A stretch of DNA of 64,000 nucleotides, taken from positions 23,259 through 87,258 of the forward strand of contig CAZYWG010000006.1 in assembly GCA_964651815.1 (NCBI GenBank), written 5' to 3'. The stretch comes from an uncultured Gammaproteobacteria bacterium (GTDB lineage: Bacteria > Patescibacteriota > Microgenomatia > Levybacterales > GWA1-39-11). Below, piece after piece: positions 37,134-46,507 of this stretch. Numbering within the stretch: the stretch's first letter is position 1; each line of letters begins with the position of its first letter. Position numbers and translations under genes: made by a program. Below the pieces are notes generated by a model. The model did not search any database, had not been told where the DNA came from, and worked only from the letters and a program-made list of their open reading frames with translations.

Positions 37134-38486
37134 TTAATTTCCGGTACGTCCTCCTCCGCCGCCTCGAGTGCCGCCGCCGCCTGCTCCACCACCAACAAAT
37201 CTTACATTTCCCCCTCCCCCGAATCCTCCAAAGAGACTTCTCGAGAATGGGGAAGCGGCACCAGAGGTGCTTGTTGTTTGGTTTGGTGTGTATCCAACCA
37301 AAACCGTGTCGCCAGAAGATAAACCGGAATCGATCTCAGTATTTGTGCCGTCAGTGTCGCCAATTGTGACGTCTACGGCTTGAATTTGTCCATTTTTCAT
37401 AGTGTAAACAGTTGACTGTGCTCCTCGTGTCGTTACGGATCCTGCCGGAACAAGCAAGACATTATCTTTGATATCCGTAATGATATTTGCAGACGCACTC
37501 ATGTTTGGGAGTATCGAGTCATCTCCAGTGTCAAGCGCAATTGTTGCTGGGTAGCTAGTTACTCCAGATGAAACAGTTCCTGTTGTGTCAATTCCAAGGA
37601 CTTTTCCTGTAAATGTTTTATTTGGTAGCGCGTCAAATGTGACAGTCGCGCGGTCTCCTGCTTTTACTTTCACGGCATCAATTTCTGACAAAGAAACAGA
37701 AATAATAGGTGTTCCGCTGTGCTTTATTGACGCCACTACTTGAGAAGAAATGCTGTTACTTGTCGCAGACTGGCTATTGGTGATAACAAGCCCGGGCGCA
37801 ATCGTGATATCAGATATTGTGCCCGCTACGGGTGCCGTAATGGATGATGAAATTTCATTATAAGCAAGAGACGCTGAATTAAGAGCTGCTTGGGATTGAG
37901 AAATAACTCCCTGTTGGTTAATATAGTTTGCTTGTGCTTGAAGCCAATTTGCATTCTCTTCTATATATACTGGATCGGCTTTGTCCTGGTCTGTGGGGTT
38001 TTTAATCCCACGGTCGGTAACAAATGCTTGGTTTGTTTTAAATAGTGTTGCTTGGAGAGAGTTTAGTTGAGCAAGTGCCGAATTTAAATTATTTTGAGAG
38101 GCCAAAAGCTGAGAATATGCCTGGGCTTGCCGTGCTAAACCGTCTGTGTCAAGCGTCAGATCTGCAATCTTCTCGCCAGCAGTAACAGTATCTCCATTTT
38201 TAACGTAAACTTGATTAACGGTTCCGCTTGTTTGCGTACTTATTGAAACACGGTTTGCAACTGCAACGCTTCCCGATTCGGCAACTGATACAACCAGAGT
38301 TCCTTTTTCCGCTTGCGTTGTTTGATACTGTGCTTTATTTGATGATTTAACAAATAATTTTCCGAATGCAAACCAGGCAATTCCAACAATTATTAAAACG
38401 ACGAAGATTTTTTTAACATTGGATTGTTTCAGAAACCAAGAGGGAAAAGCCGCAATTTTTGAAAAAATATTTTTCAATAAATTCAT
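37134..38486 (-). CDS. HlyD/MacA-like periplasmic adaptor (membrane fusion protein) with a Gly-rich C-terminal tail
   Basis: N-terminal TM, coiled-coil hairpin, and biotin-lipoyl-like and beta-barrel regions. Tail GGFGGGGNVRFVGGGAGGGGTRGGGGGRTGN. Confidence 0.7.
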   Translation of the reverse strand: MNLLKNIFSKIAAFPSWFLKQSNVKKIFVVLIIVGIAWFAFGKLFVKSSNKAQYQTTQAEKGTLVVSVAESGSVAVANRVSISTQTSGTVNQVYVKNGDTVTAGEKIADLTLDTDGLARQAQAYSQLLASQNNLNSALAQLNSLQATLFKTNQAFVTDRGIKNPTDQDKADPVYIEENANWLQAQANYINQQGVISQSQAALNSASLAYNEISSSITAPVAGTISDITIAPGLVITNSQSATSNSISSQVVASIKHSGTPIISVSLSEIDAVKVKAGDRATVTFDALPNKTFTGKVLGIDTTGTVSSGVTSYPATIALDTGDDSILPNMSASANIITDIKDNVLLVPAGSVTTRGAQSTVYTMKNGQIQAVDVTIGDTDGTNTEIDSGLSSGDTVLVGYTPNQTTSTSGAASPFSRSLFGGFGGGGNVRFVGGGAGGGGTRGGGGGRTGN

Positions 38487-38534
38487 AATATATCCAATTG
38501 TAACAAACCCTTCCTGAAAACTAGCTTAAGAATT

Positions 38535-39542
38535 CTAGGACGGTAGAATAACAGAGAATGTTGTTTCTTTTCCGGGCTTACTTTCAACACGAATTCTACC
38601 ATTGTGGGAATCTATGATTTTTTTAGCAATTGAAAGCCCAAGTCCGTGACCTGGGGTCTCACTTTTAGTACGTGATTTTTCTCCCCGAAAAAATCTGTCC
38701 CAAATATATGGGAGGTCCTCTTTTTCTATTCCAACACCGTGATCAGTAACTAAAACAGTGACTGCGTTTTTTTGTTTTTGAGAAGAAATTTTAACAACGC
38801 TTTTTTTAGAACTATATTTAACTGCATTATCAAGCAATATCACAAAAACTTCAGTTAGTCGGTCAGGAACGCCTTTAATAATGGAATCAGAAATATTGGT
38901 TTGGATTATTATCATCTTCCTTTTAGCCTGTGGCTCAATTTTCCTAATGGCATTATTTAGTATTTGAGAAATAGAAACGTTTGTATGTTTATCAATGCCG
39001 CCTCCGCGGCCATTTTGCGCAAGCTCTAGAAGGTGATCTGATAAAACCTGGAGACTTATTGTTTCTTCTAAATTGCTTTCAAGTAGCCGCTTTGCGTCAA
39101 CAAGTGACAAGCTTTTATTTCTGAGAGCAACTTCTATCTCAGAACGTAGAGATGTCAGGGGGGTCCTAAGTTCGTGTGAGGAGTCCGTTATAAATCTATT
39201 TTGTTCATCAACCATTTTTTTAATTGGTTTAAGCGTTATTCCGGCAAGAAAATATGCGGCCCCTCCTGCAAAAATAATAATTCCACCATTAATAATTAAA
39301 AGTAATATTGCAAGTCTTTGTCTTGATTCTTGTAAGTCTTCAAGAGATCTTGGCCTGAAAAAAGCCTCAGGTGGAGCTGGGTAATTTTGGTCAAGGTGTT
39401 GTGTCCTTAATTCTTGTATTCTAATTACTCTTTGAACTTCTCGTGATGCAGCATTATAAATTGCAATACTAAACATAACACTGATAAACATTATGATGAC
39501 TAGATACCAAGCTGTGAGTCGTAGGCGTGCGGATTCAAACAT
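38535..39542 (-). CDS. Sensor histidine kinase
   Basis: H-box SHELRTPLTSL. G-box HGLGLSIAKKII. Two N-terminal TM helices. Confidence 0.8.
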   Translation of the reverse strand: MFESARLRLTAWYLVIIMFISVMFSIAIYNAASREVQRVIRIQELRTQHLDQNYPAPPEAFFRPRSLEDLQESRQRLAILLLIINGGIIIFAGGAAYFLAGITLKPIKKMVDEQNRFITDSSHELRTPLTSLRSEIEVALRNKSLSLVDAKRLLESNLEETISLQVLSDHLLELAQNGRGGGIDKHTNVSISQILNNAIRKIEPQAKRKMIIIQTNISDSIIKGVPDRLTEVFVILLDNAVKYSSKKSVVKISSQKQKNAVTVLVTDHGVGIEKEDLPYIWDRFFRGEKSRTKSETPGHGLGLSIAKKIIDSHNGRIRVESKPGKETTFSVILPS

Positions 39543-39543
39543 A

Positions 39544-40218
39544 TTATTCTTCTATTTTATAACCAAAACCGCGCACCGTGTGAATTAATTTTGGGGCTTT
39601 TTTAAAAGAACGGTCTATTTTATTACGTAGGTATCCAATGTAAACCTCAATTGTATTGGGTAGAATATCAGATTCATAGCTCCAGACGTGGCTCGTAATC
39701 CGTTCTTTACTTAGAATATGTCCCGGATGCCTCATTAAAAATTCCAGAAGTGCAAATTCACGACTCGATAAATTAATCGCTTTCTCTCCGCGTTTAACTA
39801 TAAACGTTTTTGTATTTAGTGTTAAATTACCTACTCTTAGTTCTTCATTTAGTGTTTGTTTTGGGCGGCGGGTTAGTGCGCGAATGCGTGCCAAAAGCTC
39901 TTCAAAAGCAAAAGGTTTAACAAGATAATCGTCAGCACCAGAATCAAGTCCTTCTACTCTGTCTGATATTTGCCCTTTTGCAGTGAGCATAATTATCGGC
40001 GTATGAATTTTTTGTCCGCGGAGTTTTCTTGAAAGTAAAGCGCCTTCCATTCCGGGAAGCAAACGGTCAAGAACAATCACGTCATATTCTTCCCCTACTG
40101 CCAAGTCATAACCGTCAGTACCGTCGTAGGCTACGTCAACTGCATAATTTTCCTGTTCAAGACCTTGCTTTAAAGAATTTGCGATTTTATGCTCATCTTC
40201 AACGACTAGTATTCGCAT
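39544..40218 (-). CDS. OmpR-family response regulator
   Basis: Receiver domain MRILVVEDE...DVIVLDRLLPG. C-terminal wHTH ...YIGYLRNKID..IHTVRGFGYKI. Confidence 0.85.
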   Translation of the reverse strand: MRILVVEDEHKIANSLKQGLEQENYAVDVAYDGTDGYDLAVGEEYDVIVLDRLLPGMEGALLSRKLRGQKIHTPIIMLTAKGQISDRVEGLDSGADDYLVKPFAFEELLARIRALTRRPKQTLNEELRVGNLTLNTKTFIVKRGEKAINLSSREFALLEFLMRHPGHILSKERITSHVWSYESDILPNTIEVYIGYLRNKIDRSFKKAPKLIHTVRGFGYKIEE

Positions 40219-40275
40219 GTGCGTATTATACCAATTGCATGCTTAAAAAGAGCTGAGGGAGGTATTTGGATTCTT

Positions 40276-40881
40276 TTACTTTTTGTGGGAAATCGGAACA
40301 AAAATTAGAGTTGAAACAAGCGTTGCGGCCATTATAGCCGCCCACGCAATAAAAACATTAAATAATAATTGGTCTTCTCGCTTTTCAACCTCGCGAAGAT
40401 TTCTACCCGCTAACACAAAACCTGAAGGTTTACCTCCAGGGCCAAAGTAAGATGTCACCACGGTAGCAAACCGAAAACCTTCCATGGGTTCCCAAGTAAA
40501 TCTGTCTTCAAGATGTTTTTTTGCAAAGCCAAAAACTCCAGTAGGTGGTTTGAGCATTTTTCCAAAGAATAATCCAGAAGACGTCACAGGATTGCCGTTA
40601 TTATCAAAAATCATAATAAAGGTCGCGAGGCTCTGTGAAAGTTCAGTTTGTGTTTGTCTTACGAGAACCTTAGGGTCATCTCCCTGTTGTAATAATTGCC
40701 CAGTATCCTGCGCGATCTGAATTTGTGGATCGTTTGCCGACATTCTTAAATTTTGTTGACCGGCTAAATAAACTAATCCGCAGAGCCCTGTTATTGCAAT
40801 AGCCATGGGGATGAAGTATCGGATTTTTTCGACCACGCGATAATTATAACAAAAGTGCCTACCTGACAATACCAAGAGCAA
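40276..40881 (-). CDS. Membrane-anchored hypothetical protein
   Basis: TM near the N-terminus and another at the C-terminus. Confidence 0.35.
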   Translation of the reverse strand: MLLVLSGRHFCYNYRVVEKIRYFIPMAIAITGLCGLVYLAGQQNLRMSANDPQIQIAQDTGQLLQQGDDPKVLVRQTQTELSQSLATFIMIFDNNGNPVTSSGLFFGKMLKPPTGVFGFAKKHLEDRFTWEPMEGFRFATVVTSYFGPGGKPSGFVLAGRNLREVEKREDQLLFNVFIAWAAIMAATLVSTLIFVPISHKK

Positions 40882-41002
40882 GGAGACCCGAGATAATTAG
40901 GTATGCGGCGATAAGATAGTTAAGAAATTTTGGAAACACCAAAATTAATATCCCAAATAATATTGATACCCATGGATTAAAACTAGTTAGGCTAAGACTC
41001 AT
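40859..41002 (-). CDS. Unannotated small membrane protein (47 aa, DUF3096-like?)
   Basis: Hand translation: MSLSLTSFNPWVSILFGILILVFPKFLNYLIAAYLIISGLLALGIVR. Not in the ORF track because it is under 60 aa. Confidence 0.3.
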   Translation of the reverse strand: MSLSLTSFNPWVSILFGILILVFPKFLNYLIAAYLIISGLLALGIVR

Positions 41003-41026
41003 AAAATCACCTCCTATTTCTCATTT

Positions 41027-41476
41027 CTACTGGCTGTCTACGGTTCCTTCCACCTCCTCTGGCGTTACTGGTTTTACAATTTGAATTAACTGTACAATTC
41101 CTGATGCAATTAGCGCGTAAACTATAGCAGCAATAATAGTTGACCATTCAAAGACTGATCCCTGAGATTCTACGCTCGTACGAATAATCCCCTGAAAAGG
41201 AAGAGCCAAAGGGTCAGATATGGTATAAATTAAAGAAGCGAAGCCACTTATTGGATTTGCTCCTAAAGCCCTCAATGTCACTCGGAATGCCAGGAGTACC
41301 TCAATGACCCCTAATGCATACCAAATAATTTGGTAAGTTCTAAAAATGGTTTTTTTCTTCTCATATACTTTTTGAGGGTGTTCTGTTTTGACCATGGGAT
41401 CAACCCTTTTAGTTGTCCGGACTACGCGAGTAGGTTGTGCAACTTCATGTGTTTCTGTCTCTATGTATTCTTCCAT
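41027..41476 (-). CDS. YggT-family membrane protein with an N-terminal extension
   Basis: ALGANPISGFASLIYTISDPLALPFQGII...SQGSVFEWSTIIAAIV resembles the YGGT repeat. Confidence 0.45.
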   Translation of the reverse strand: MEEYIETETHEVAQPTRVVRTTKRVDPMVKTEHPQKVYEKKKTIFRTYQIIWYALGVIEVLLAFRVTLRALGANPISGFASLIYTISDPLALPFQGIIRTSVESQGSVFEWSTIIAAIVYALIASGIVQLIQIVKPVTPEEVEGTVDSQ

Positions 41477-41623
41477 AAAATATCCTTCAATCCTGATCTT
41501 AGTAAAGCAATTGGAGGAACATGTTAAAGGAATGTAAGAAAATGTTAAGCATTTGGGAGCCTAAGAAGGAAAAACTTCTGCAATTACTGTGAATCGTCCA
41601 CAAATTATTTGTATAATTAAAAA

Positions 41624-42364
41624 ATGAATCTTTCAGGAAAGACAATTCTGCTCACGGGTTCAAAAAGAATAGGTAGCGTGGTCGCAAAAAAAATAGCAGA
41701 AAAAGGTGCAAATTTAGCCATTGCATATAATTCATCTAAAGAAGAAGCAGATAAAACACGCCAAGAGATTATAAGTCTCGGAGGAAAAGCCGAGATATTT
41801 CAAGCGGAACTTGCAAAAGAGGAGGATGTTAAAAACTTAGTTGAGCAAGCAATTCAAAAATTCAGTTCAATCGACGGTTTGGTTCATATGGCGTCACCCT
41901 ACCCCAAAACACCTCTTGGGAATATTTCTATTGAAGACGTGCAAAAAATTATGAATACAATTGCCGGTTCGGCAATTCTCTTGGGGCAAGAGGCTGGGCT
42001 TCATATGCTCAAAAAGTCTGATGGGGAAACCAGGAAAATAATATTTTTTTCAGACTGGTCAGTACTCACCCGCCCGTCAAAAGATTATATTGTGTATAAC
42101 GCTGCAAAAGCAGCAATCAATTCAATAACAAAGAATTTGGCAATTGAGTTTGCGCCAAAAGTTACAGTCAACGCGATTGCGCCAGGACCCATTCTCAAAC
42201 CGCCGGATTTGACTGATGAAGAAGACAAAGAAGTTTTGGCAAGGACACCATTAAGGCGCTGGGGAGGTGAAGAAGAAATAGTAAAAGCAGTTTTGTATTT
42301 ACTTGATGCGGATTTTACAACTGGAGTAGTACTCCCAGTAGACGGCGGCCGCACAATTGGATAA
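41624..42364 (+). CDS. Short-chain dehydrogenase/reductase (SDR) family oxidoreductase
   Basis: LTGSKRIGSVVA Rossmann motif. Catalytic YNAAKAAI (YxxxK). Confidence 0.8.
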   Translation: MNLSGKTILLTGSKRIGSVVAKKIAEKGANLAIAYNSSKEEADKTRQEIISLGGKAEIFQAELAKEEDVKNLVEQAIQKFSSIDGLVHMASPYPKTPLGNISIEDVQKIMNTIAGSAILLGQEAGLHMLKKSDGETRKIIFFSDWSVLTRPSKDYIVYNAAKAAINSITKNLAIEFAPKVTVNAIAPGPILKPPDLTDEEDKEVLARTPLRRWGGEEEIVKAVLYLLDADFTTGVVLPVDGGRTIG

Positions 42365-42414
42365 ATAAAGAAATTTTTTCTTGACTTTTTTTTCTTCGGG
42401 TGTATTATTAACTA

Positions 42415-42852
42415 ATGATGAAGTGGCTAGGTATTGCAGTTGTTATAGTCGTTATACTTGTTGGTGGGTATTTCTTATTTGCAAAAAGTTCAACCGCCCC
42501 AATTACTCCTTCCACCCAAACACAGGCTCAACCAACCGCTGCACCTTCAGAGGCAATGACAGGTCCTACTACTGCGATGACAAATGAAAACTCAGTCACT
42601 TTAACAGCTGACGGATTTACTCCAGCAACGTTAACAATTAAGGTAGGGACAAAAGTTACATGGAAAAATACAAGTGGGGCTCCCGCAACTGTTAATTCAG
42701 ATCCTCACCCAACTCACACAGACTACCCTCCTCTTAATTTAAGTAAATTTGCGGACGGTGAGACACTTTCTCTCACTTTTGATAAAGCGGGTACTTACGG
42801 ATATCACAACCACTTCAATCCAAGCCAAACAGGTAAAATTATAGTACAATAA
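42415..42852 (+). CDS. Membrane-anchored cupredoxin-like domain protein lacking the canonical Cys ligand
   Basis: TIKVGTKVTWKNTSGAPATVNSDPHPTH...TYGYHNHFNP has a plastocyanin-like topology, but Asn replaces the usual Cys in the Y-x-Y-x-C-x-x-H region. Confidence 0.45.
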   Translation: MMKWLGIAVVIVVILVGGYFLFAKSSTAPITPSTQTQAQPTAAPSEAMTGPTTAMTNENSVTLTADGFTPATLTIKVGTKVTWKNTSGAPATVNSDPHPTHTDYPPLNLSKFADGETLSLTFDKAGTYGYHNHFNPSQTGKIIVQ

Positions 42853-42857
42853 ATTTA

Positions 42858-43214
42858 ATGAGCAATAGCAGGCTCACACTAATTCTTCTCAGGATCAGCA
42901 TTTCAAGCGTTTTTCTATACGCGGCAGTTGCTGCAACTCTTGAACCATACAATTGGATAGGTTATATTCCTCCAGTTTTGAGAACTATTTTTCCGTCTCA
43001 ACTTCTTCTTTTGGGGTTTTCTGCCTATCAATTAATTCTTGCCTTGTGGATTCTGTCGGGTTGGAAAAATTTCTTTTCAGCCTCTCTTGCTGCGTTAACT
43101 CTCCTTGCAATAATTGCAGGAAACATTACACAGCTTGATATTTTATTCCGAGATTTTGCAATATTCTTTGCAGCAGGCGCTTTAGCAGTTTCTTCGTATC
43201 CAGCAAAAAAATAA
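42858..43214 (+). CDS. DoxX-like four-TM membrane protein
   Basis: Four hydrophobic helices with a DoxX-like start LRISISSVFLYAAVA. Confidence 0.35.
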   Translation: MSNSRLTLILLRISISSVFLYAAVAATLEPYNWIGYIPPVLRTIFPSQLLLLGFSAYQLILALWILSGWKNFFSASLAALTLLAIIAGNITQLDILFRDFAIFFAAGALAVSSYPAKK

Positions 43215-43254
43215 TATCCTCGCCAAGCGGCTTCAAAAGAAGTAAAATACCAAC

Positions 43255-44226
43255 ATGAAATATAAATACGTTATTTTGGGCGGGACGTTTGACTTTTTAC
43301 ATAATGGCCACATTTCTCTTTTAAAAAAAGCTTTTTCTATTTCAGAAAAGGTGGCAATAGGAGTCAATTCGGACAAGTTTTGTCTTGATCACGGGAAGAG
43401 ACCTTACCAAAACCATAAAGAAAGACTCGCCGCAATAACTTCCTATTTAGAAGGAGAAGATTTATTAGAAAGGACAATATTTCATACTCATGAAGAAATA
43501 GGATGTCCTGCATATATTGATTCTAAACTCCAGGCAATAATAGCGAGTATCTTAACTCAGGAAGGCGCAAAAGAAGTAAACTTTAAAAGAGAGCAAAACC
43601 ATCTAAGTAAGCTTGATATAGTTTTTGTCCCAATTCTTTTATCTTCTGATTCTGGAGTTATCTCCTCAACCCGCATAAGAAATGGAGAAATTGATAGGAG
43701 AGGAAACGCGTATTTAAAACTTTTTGAAAAAGATTTAGTCTTGCCGGAATCACTTCGTCAAGAACTCAGAAAACCCTTTGGCGAGTTAATAAAAGGTTCA
43801 AAATTTAAATTACCGTCGGAAAGTTTTATCATTTCGATTGGCGACGCTGTGACAGTCAAGCTTCTTGATAATAATATTAATGTTAACATCGCCATTTTTG
43901 ATTTTAAGACAAAAAGACAACCTATCTTAAAAGAGATAGAGCAAAAATTGCCTTTACAAGATGTTACTGTTGAAAATAAGGCAGGGATAATTGAAAAAGA
44001 GGCAGTAGATGCGCTCCATGTTTCGATTAAAAAAACCCTCGGTAATAAAAGTTCAATTGCAATTAGAGTTGAAGGGGAAGAAGATCTTTTAACGTTTCCG
44101 GGAATCCTGCTCGCTCCTCTTGGTGCAAAAGTTTTTTATGGGATGCCTGATAAAGGCGCCGTATGTGTGAAGGTGACAGAACAAAAAAAGCAAGAAGCCC
44201 AAAAAATACTCTTAAAATTTAACTAG
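43255..44226 (+). CDS. Cytidylyltransferase-like (PPAT-type HxGH nucleotidyltransferase) fused to a C-terminal domain of about 170 aa. Possible archaeal-type CoA-biosynthesis fusion.
   Basis: N-terminus VILGGTFDFLHNGHISLL (the HxGH motif). Confidence 0.5.
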   Translation: MKYKYVILGGTFDFLHNGHISLLKKAFSISEKVAIGVNSDKFCLDHGKRPYQNHKERLAAITSYLEGEDLLERTIFHTHEEIGCPAYIDSKLQAIIASILTQEGAKEVNFKREQNHLSKLDIVFVPILLSSDSGVISSTRIRNGEIDRRGNAYLKLFEKDLVLPESLRQELRKPFGELIKGSKFKLPSESFIISIGDAVTVKLLDNNINVNIAIFDFKTKRQPILKEIEQKLPLQDVTVENKAGIIEKEAVDALHVSIKKTLGNKSSIAIRVEGEEDLLTFPGILLAPLGAKVFYGMPDKGAVCVKVTEQKKQEAQKILLKFN

Positions 44227-45049
44227 AATATTTCAATATCATATTTCCGAGTGATTCCGGAGTTTCAAGGTTTGGCATGTGTCCTGCCGCAGGAATAAAA
44301 TCTAGAGTTGCAGTAGGAATCAGCGCATGAAGTTTCTTAGCCTGGGATGGTGGGATTATTACGTCCGACCCGCCGTGGATCATGTGAATTGGTACTTTTA
44401 TTTTTTTAATCTTGTCATAGTTGTAATTTATTAAGTCATTCCAATAAGATTCAATTAATTCTTCGTTTTCAAAAGACCTGTCAGACGTTTTGATAATAAA
44501 TCTCAGCTTTTTCGAAAAAGTTTTAAACTTCACTGCATAAAGCCCAAAAGGAATTGTAAATATCCGTGCGCGCCACAAGAAAAAAAGACGTTTAATTATT
44601 CTTGGGGAAAGCGCACTGATATCCGCCAAATGTTTAAAAAATATTTCAGGCAGAGTCCCCTTGATGTAAGGTGTACTTAGGAGAAAAAGTTCTTTTACCT
44701 GCTCGGGAAAAAGGCTCGCAAAATCAATTGCAATTGCAGAACCCATACAATACCCAAAAATACTTAATTTCCCGAGTTTTTTTTGATTTAAAAATTCTTT
44801 AACGAATCGCGAATAGCTTTTAATAGTTAAATCGCCCGGTAATTCTTCTGATTTACCCCAGCCAGGCAAATCAAGCATGTAAATGTAATATTTTTTCTCG
44901 AGTATCTCAGCAACGTGTATAAGATCACTATGTGTCCCTGTAAAACCGTGCAGTATTAACAGAGGCGGGTTTTTGTTATCTCCAAAGGTCCAGTAATATT
45001 CTTCAAGCCCTTTATAAAGGAATTTATGTTTTTGCGCGCGGGGCTCCAT
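44219..45049 (-). CDS. Alpha/beta hydrolase fold protein (Cys at the nucleophile elbow, GYCMG)
   Basis: LILHGFTGTHSD oxyanion region. Nucleophile elbow FGYCMGSAIAI. C-terminal HGGSD. Confidence 0.65.
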   Translation of the reverse strand: MEPRAQKHKFLYKGLEEYYWTFGDNKNPPLLILHGFTGTHSDLIHVAEILEKKYYIYMLDLPGWGKSEELPGDLTIKSYSRFVKEFLNQKKLGKLSIFGYCMGSAIAIDFASLFPEQVKELFLLSTPYIKGTLPEIFFKHLADISALSPRIIKRLFFLWRARIFTIPFGLYAVKFKTFSKKLRFIIKTSDRSFENEELIESYWNDLINYNYDKIKKIKVPIHMIHGGSDVIIPPSQAKKLHALIPTATLDFIPAAGHMPNLETPESLGNMILKYSS

Positions 45050-45077
45050 ATAAAGAGTATAGCAAAGACTCGTTGGT

Positions 45078-45539
45078 TTACTTAAGCTTTAGTAGTTTTA
45101 GTCCTATCTTCTCATCGAGCGCTCTTTCTATTTTTGTTTCTGAAGATATTATATAAATTTCACAAGTTGCGCCAACTACCGCTTGTTTCAAATGCCCCCC
45201 AAAACAATTAAAATCTTCATCAGAAAGGACCGTGTGGATGTGAAAGAAGGGTTTACCGTCAACTGTCGCAATATTTCCTGTCAGACTCACTACTTCGCAG
45301 GTTCTATCGATCTTTTTAAAACTGTATTCTCTAGTGTCTAGGTGATAGTAACCAATTTCAGAAGATAAGAATCCGCCGATCCCTTGAATTACTCCGGAAA
45401 TGATTTTATTATCCTCACAAAATTTGGTTATGACAGGGATTATGTCTTCCCCTTTCTCAAGCCTTACTAAGTAGTATTTTTCCGTTTTAACAAATTGCAT
45501 TTTAAGTTTTTTGCTCGAGGTAGTCTTTAAGTGGACCAA
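45078..45539 (-). CDS. PPC/DUF296 domain protein
   Basis: YYLVRLEKGEDIIPVITKFCEDNKIISGVIQGIGG...VVSLTGNIA...PFFHIHTVLSDEDFNCFGGHL. Confidence 0.55.
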   Translation of the reverse strand: MVHLKTTSSKKLKMQFVKTEKYYLVRLEKGEDIIPVITKFCEDNKIISGVIQGIGGFLSSEIGYYHLDTREYSFKKIDRTCEVVSLTGNIATVDGKPFFHIHTVLSDEDFNCFGGHLKQAVVGATCEIYIISSETKIERALDEKIGLKLLKLK

Positions 45540-45891
45540 GATAATAGTCTTTCCAACCTTCCTCTAAATCTTTTGCTTCTCCGTCCGGGACATTCTCATG
45601 TAAAAAATCAATTGTAGTTATGCCACCCTTTTCAGTTAACGAAAAAGTTGCAATTGAGGCTTCATCCCATTTCCCGCCAAACCACTCCTGGACAAGGTTT
45701 TTATTTGGAGTAACTTTTATATTTTTACCATAAACGTCTCCTCCCCAAAGACTAAATTTTGTTCCAACCACGTAATCCATTTTAGCAGGGCCCCCGCCCC
45801 ATTTATCTATTTCTTTAGGGTCAACCAGCGCTTTCCAAACGGCTTCTTTGGGGGCTTTTATGTGGTATATTTGTTTAATAGTTTTCATCAA
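45502..45891 (-). CDS. SRPBCC (AHSA1/START-like) family protein
   Basis: IKAPKEAVWKALVDPKEIDKW... Confidence 0.55.
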   Translation of the reverse strand: MMKTIKQIYHIKAPKEAVWKALVDPKEIDKWGGGPAKMDYVVGTKFSLWGGDVYGKNIKVTPNKNLVQEWFGGKWDEASIATFSLTEKGGITTIDFLHENVPDGEAKDLEEGWKDYYLGPLKDYLEQKT

Positions 45892-45916
45892 TAATCGTTA
45901 TTTTATCACAAAGATT

Positions 45917-46408
45917 TTATCGATTAATAAAATAAAGGAAAATAACGCAAACAAGAGGACCAAGAGTGAGAGAGGTAATATCAACTAAAGGTTTAATAAG
46001 GTTGCGGTTCCCAGCTTTTACACGGCCCGCACGATTATCTGCATAAGAAGTAAGCGCAAGAAGTCCGAGTGGCGCTAAAAGCGTTCCTAAAAGAGAATGT
46101 AAAGCGACAATTATAGCTGTTGCGAAAATTGAAAGTCCTGCAAGCCAACGATCCCTGTTAAAAACATCCTTTGTGTGGAAAGAATTTTCAACTTTCCGGG
46201 CATCTTCTATAATTTCATTTCCTGCTGCCGTAATAAAAATAGTTAGTGTTCCAAATAGAAGCGAGACGTGAAAATTGGCTTTGCAAAAATAAAACAAAGA
46301 ACCCGAAACAAAAACATGGAAAATTGACCTCAAAGATAGGTTGAGATAATTATGACTGGTTTTCATTGGGAGAGAACTTATTATAAAAGGTTGCACATAA
46401 AATCGCAA
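45917..46408 (-). CDS. Membrane hypothetical protein
   Basis: Four predicted TM helices. Confidence 0.35.
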   Translation of the reverse strand: MRFYVQPFIISSLPMKTSHNYLNLSLRSIFHVFVSGSLFYFCKANFHVSLLFGTLTIFITAAGNEIIEDARKVENSFHTKDVFNRDRWLAGLSIFATAIIVALHSLLGTLLAPLGLLALTSYADNRAGRVKAGNRNLIKPLVDITSLTLGPLVCVIFLYFINR

Positions 46409-46507
46409 ATATTCAATTGGAATTCATTTTGGAATTATAGAAAAGTCTAGAATTTTCTTGTGTCCGCTGCGGCTTGTCTTAAGCCAAGCCTGAGCAGACC
46501 ACAAAAC

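Noticed and set aside
37134-37230. GC-rich patch (ggtgccgccgccgcc...) as a foreign insertion
   Set aside because: It encodes the poly-Gly tail of the adaptor protein in frame. The compositional bias is codon-driven.
46430-46500. Small hairpin (ggcttg...caagcc) downstream of the PUR-like gene
   Set aside because: Weak stem and no U-tract. Not convincing as a terminator.
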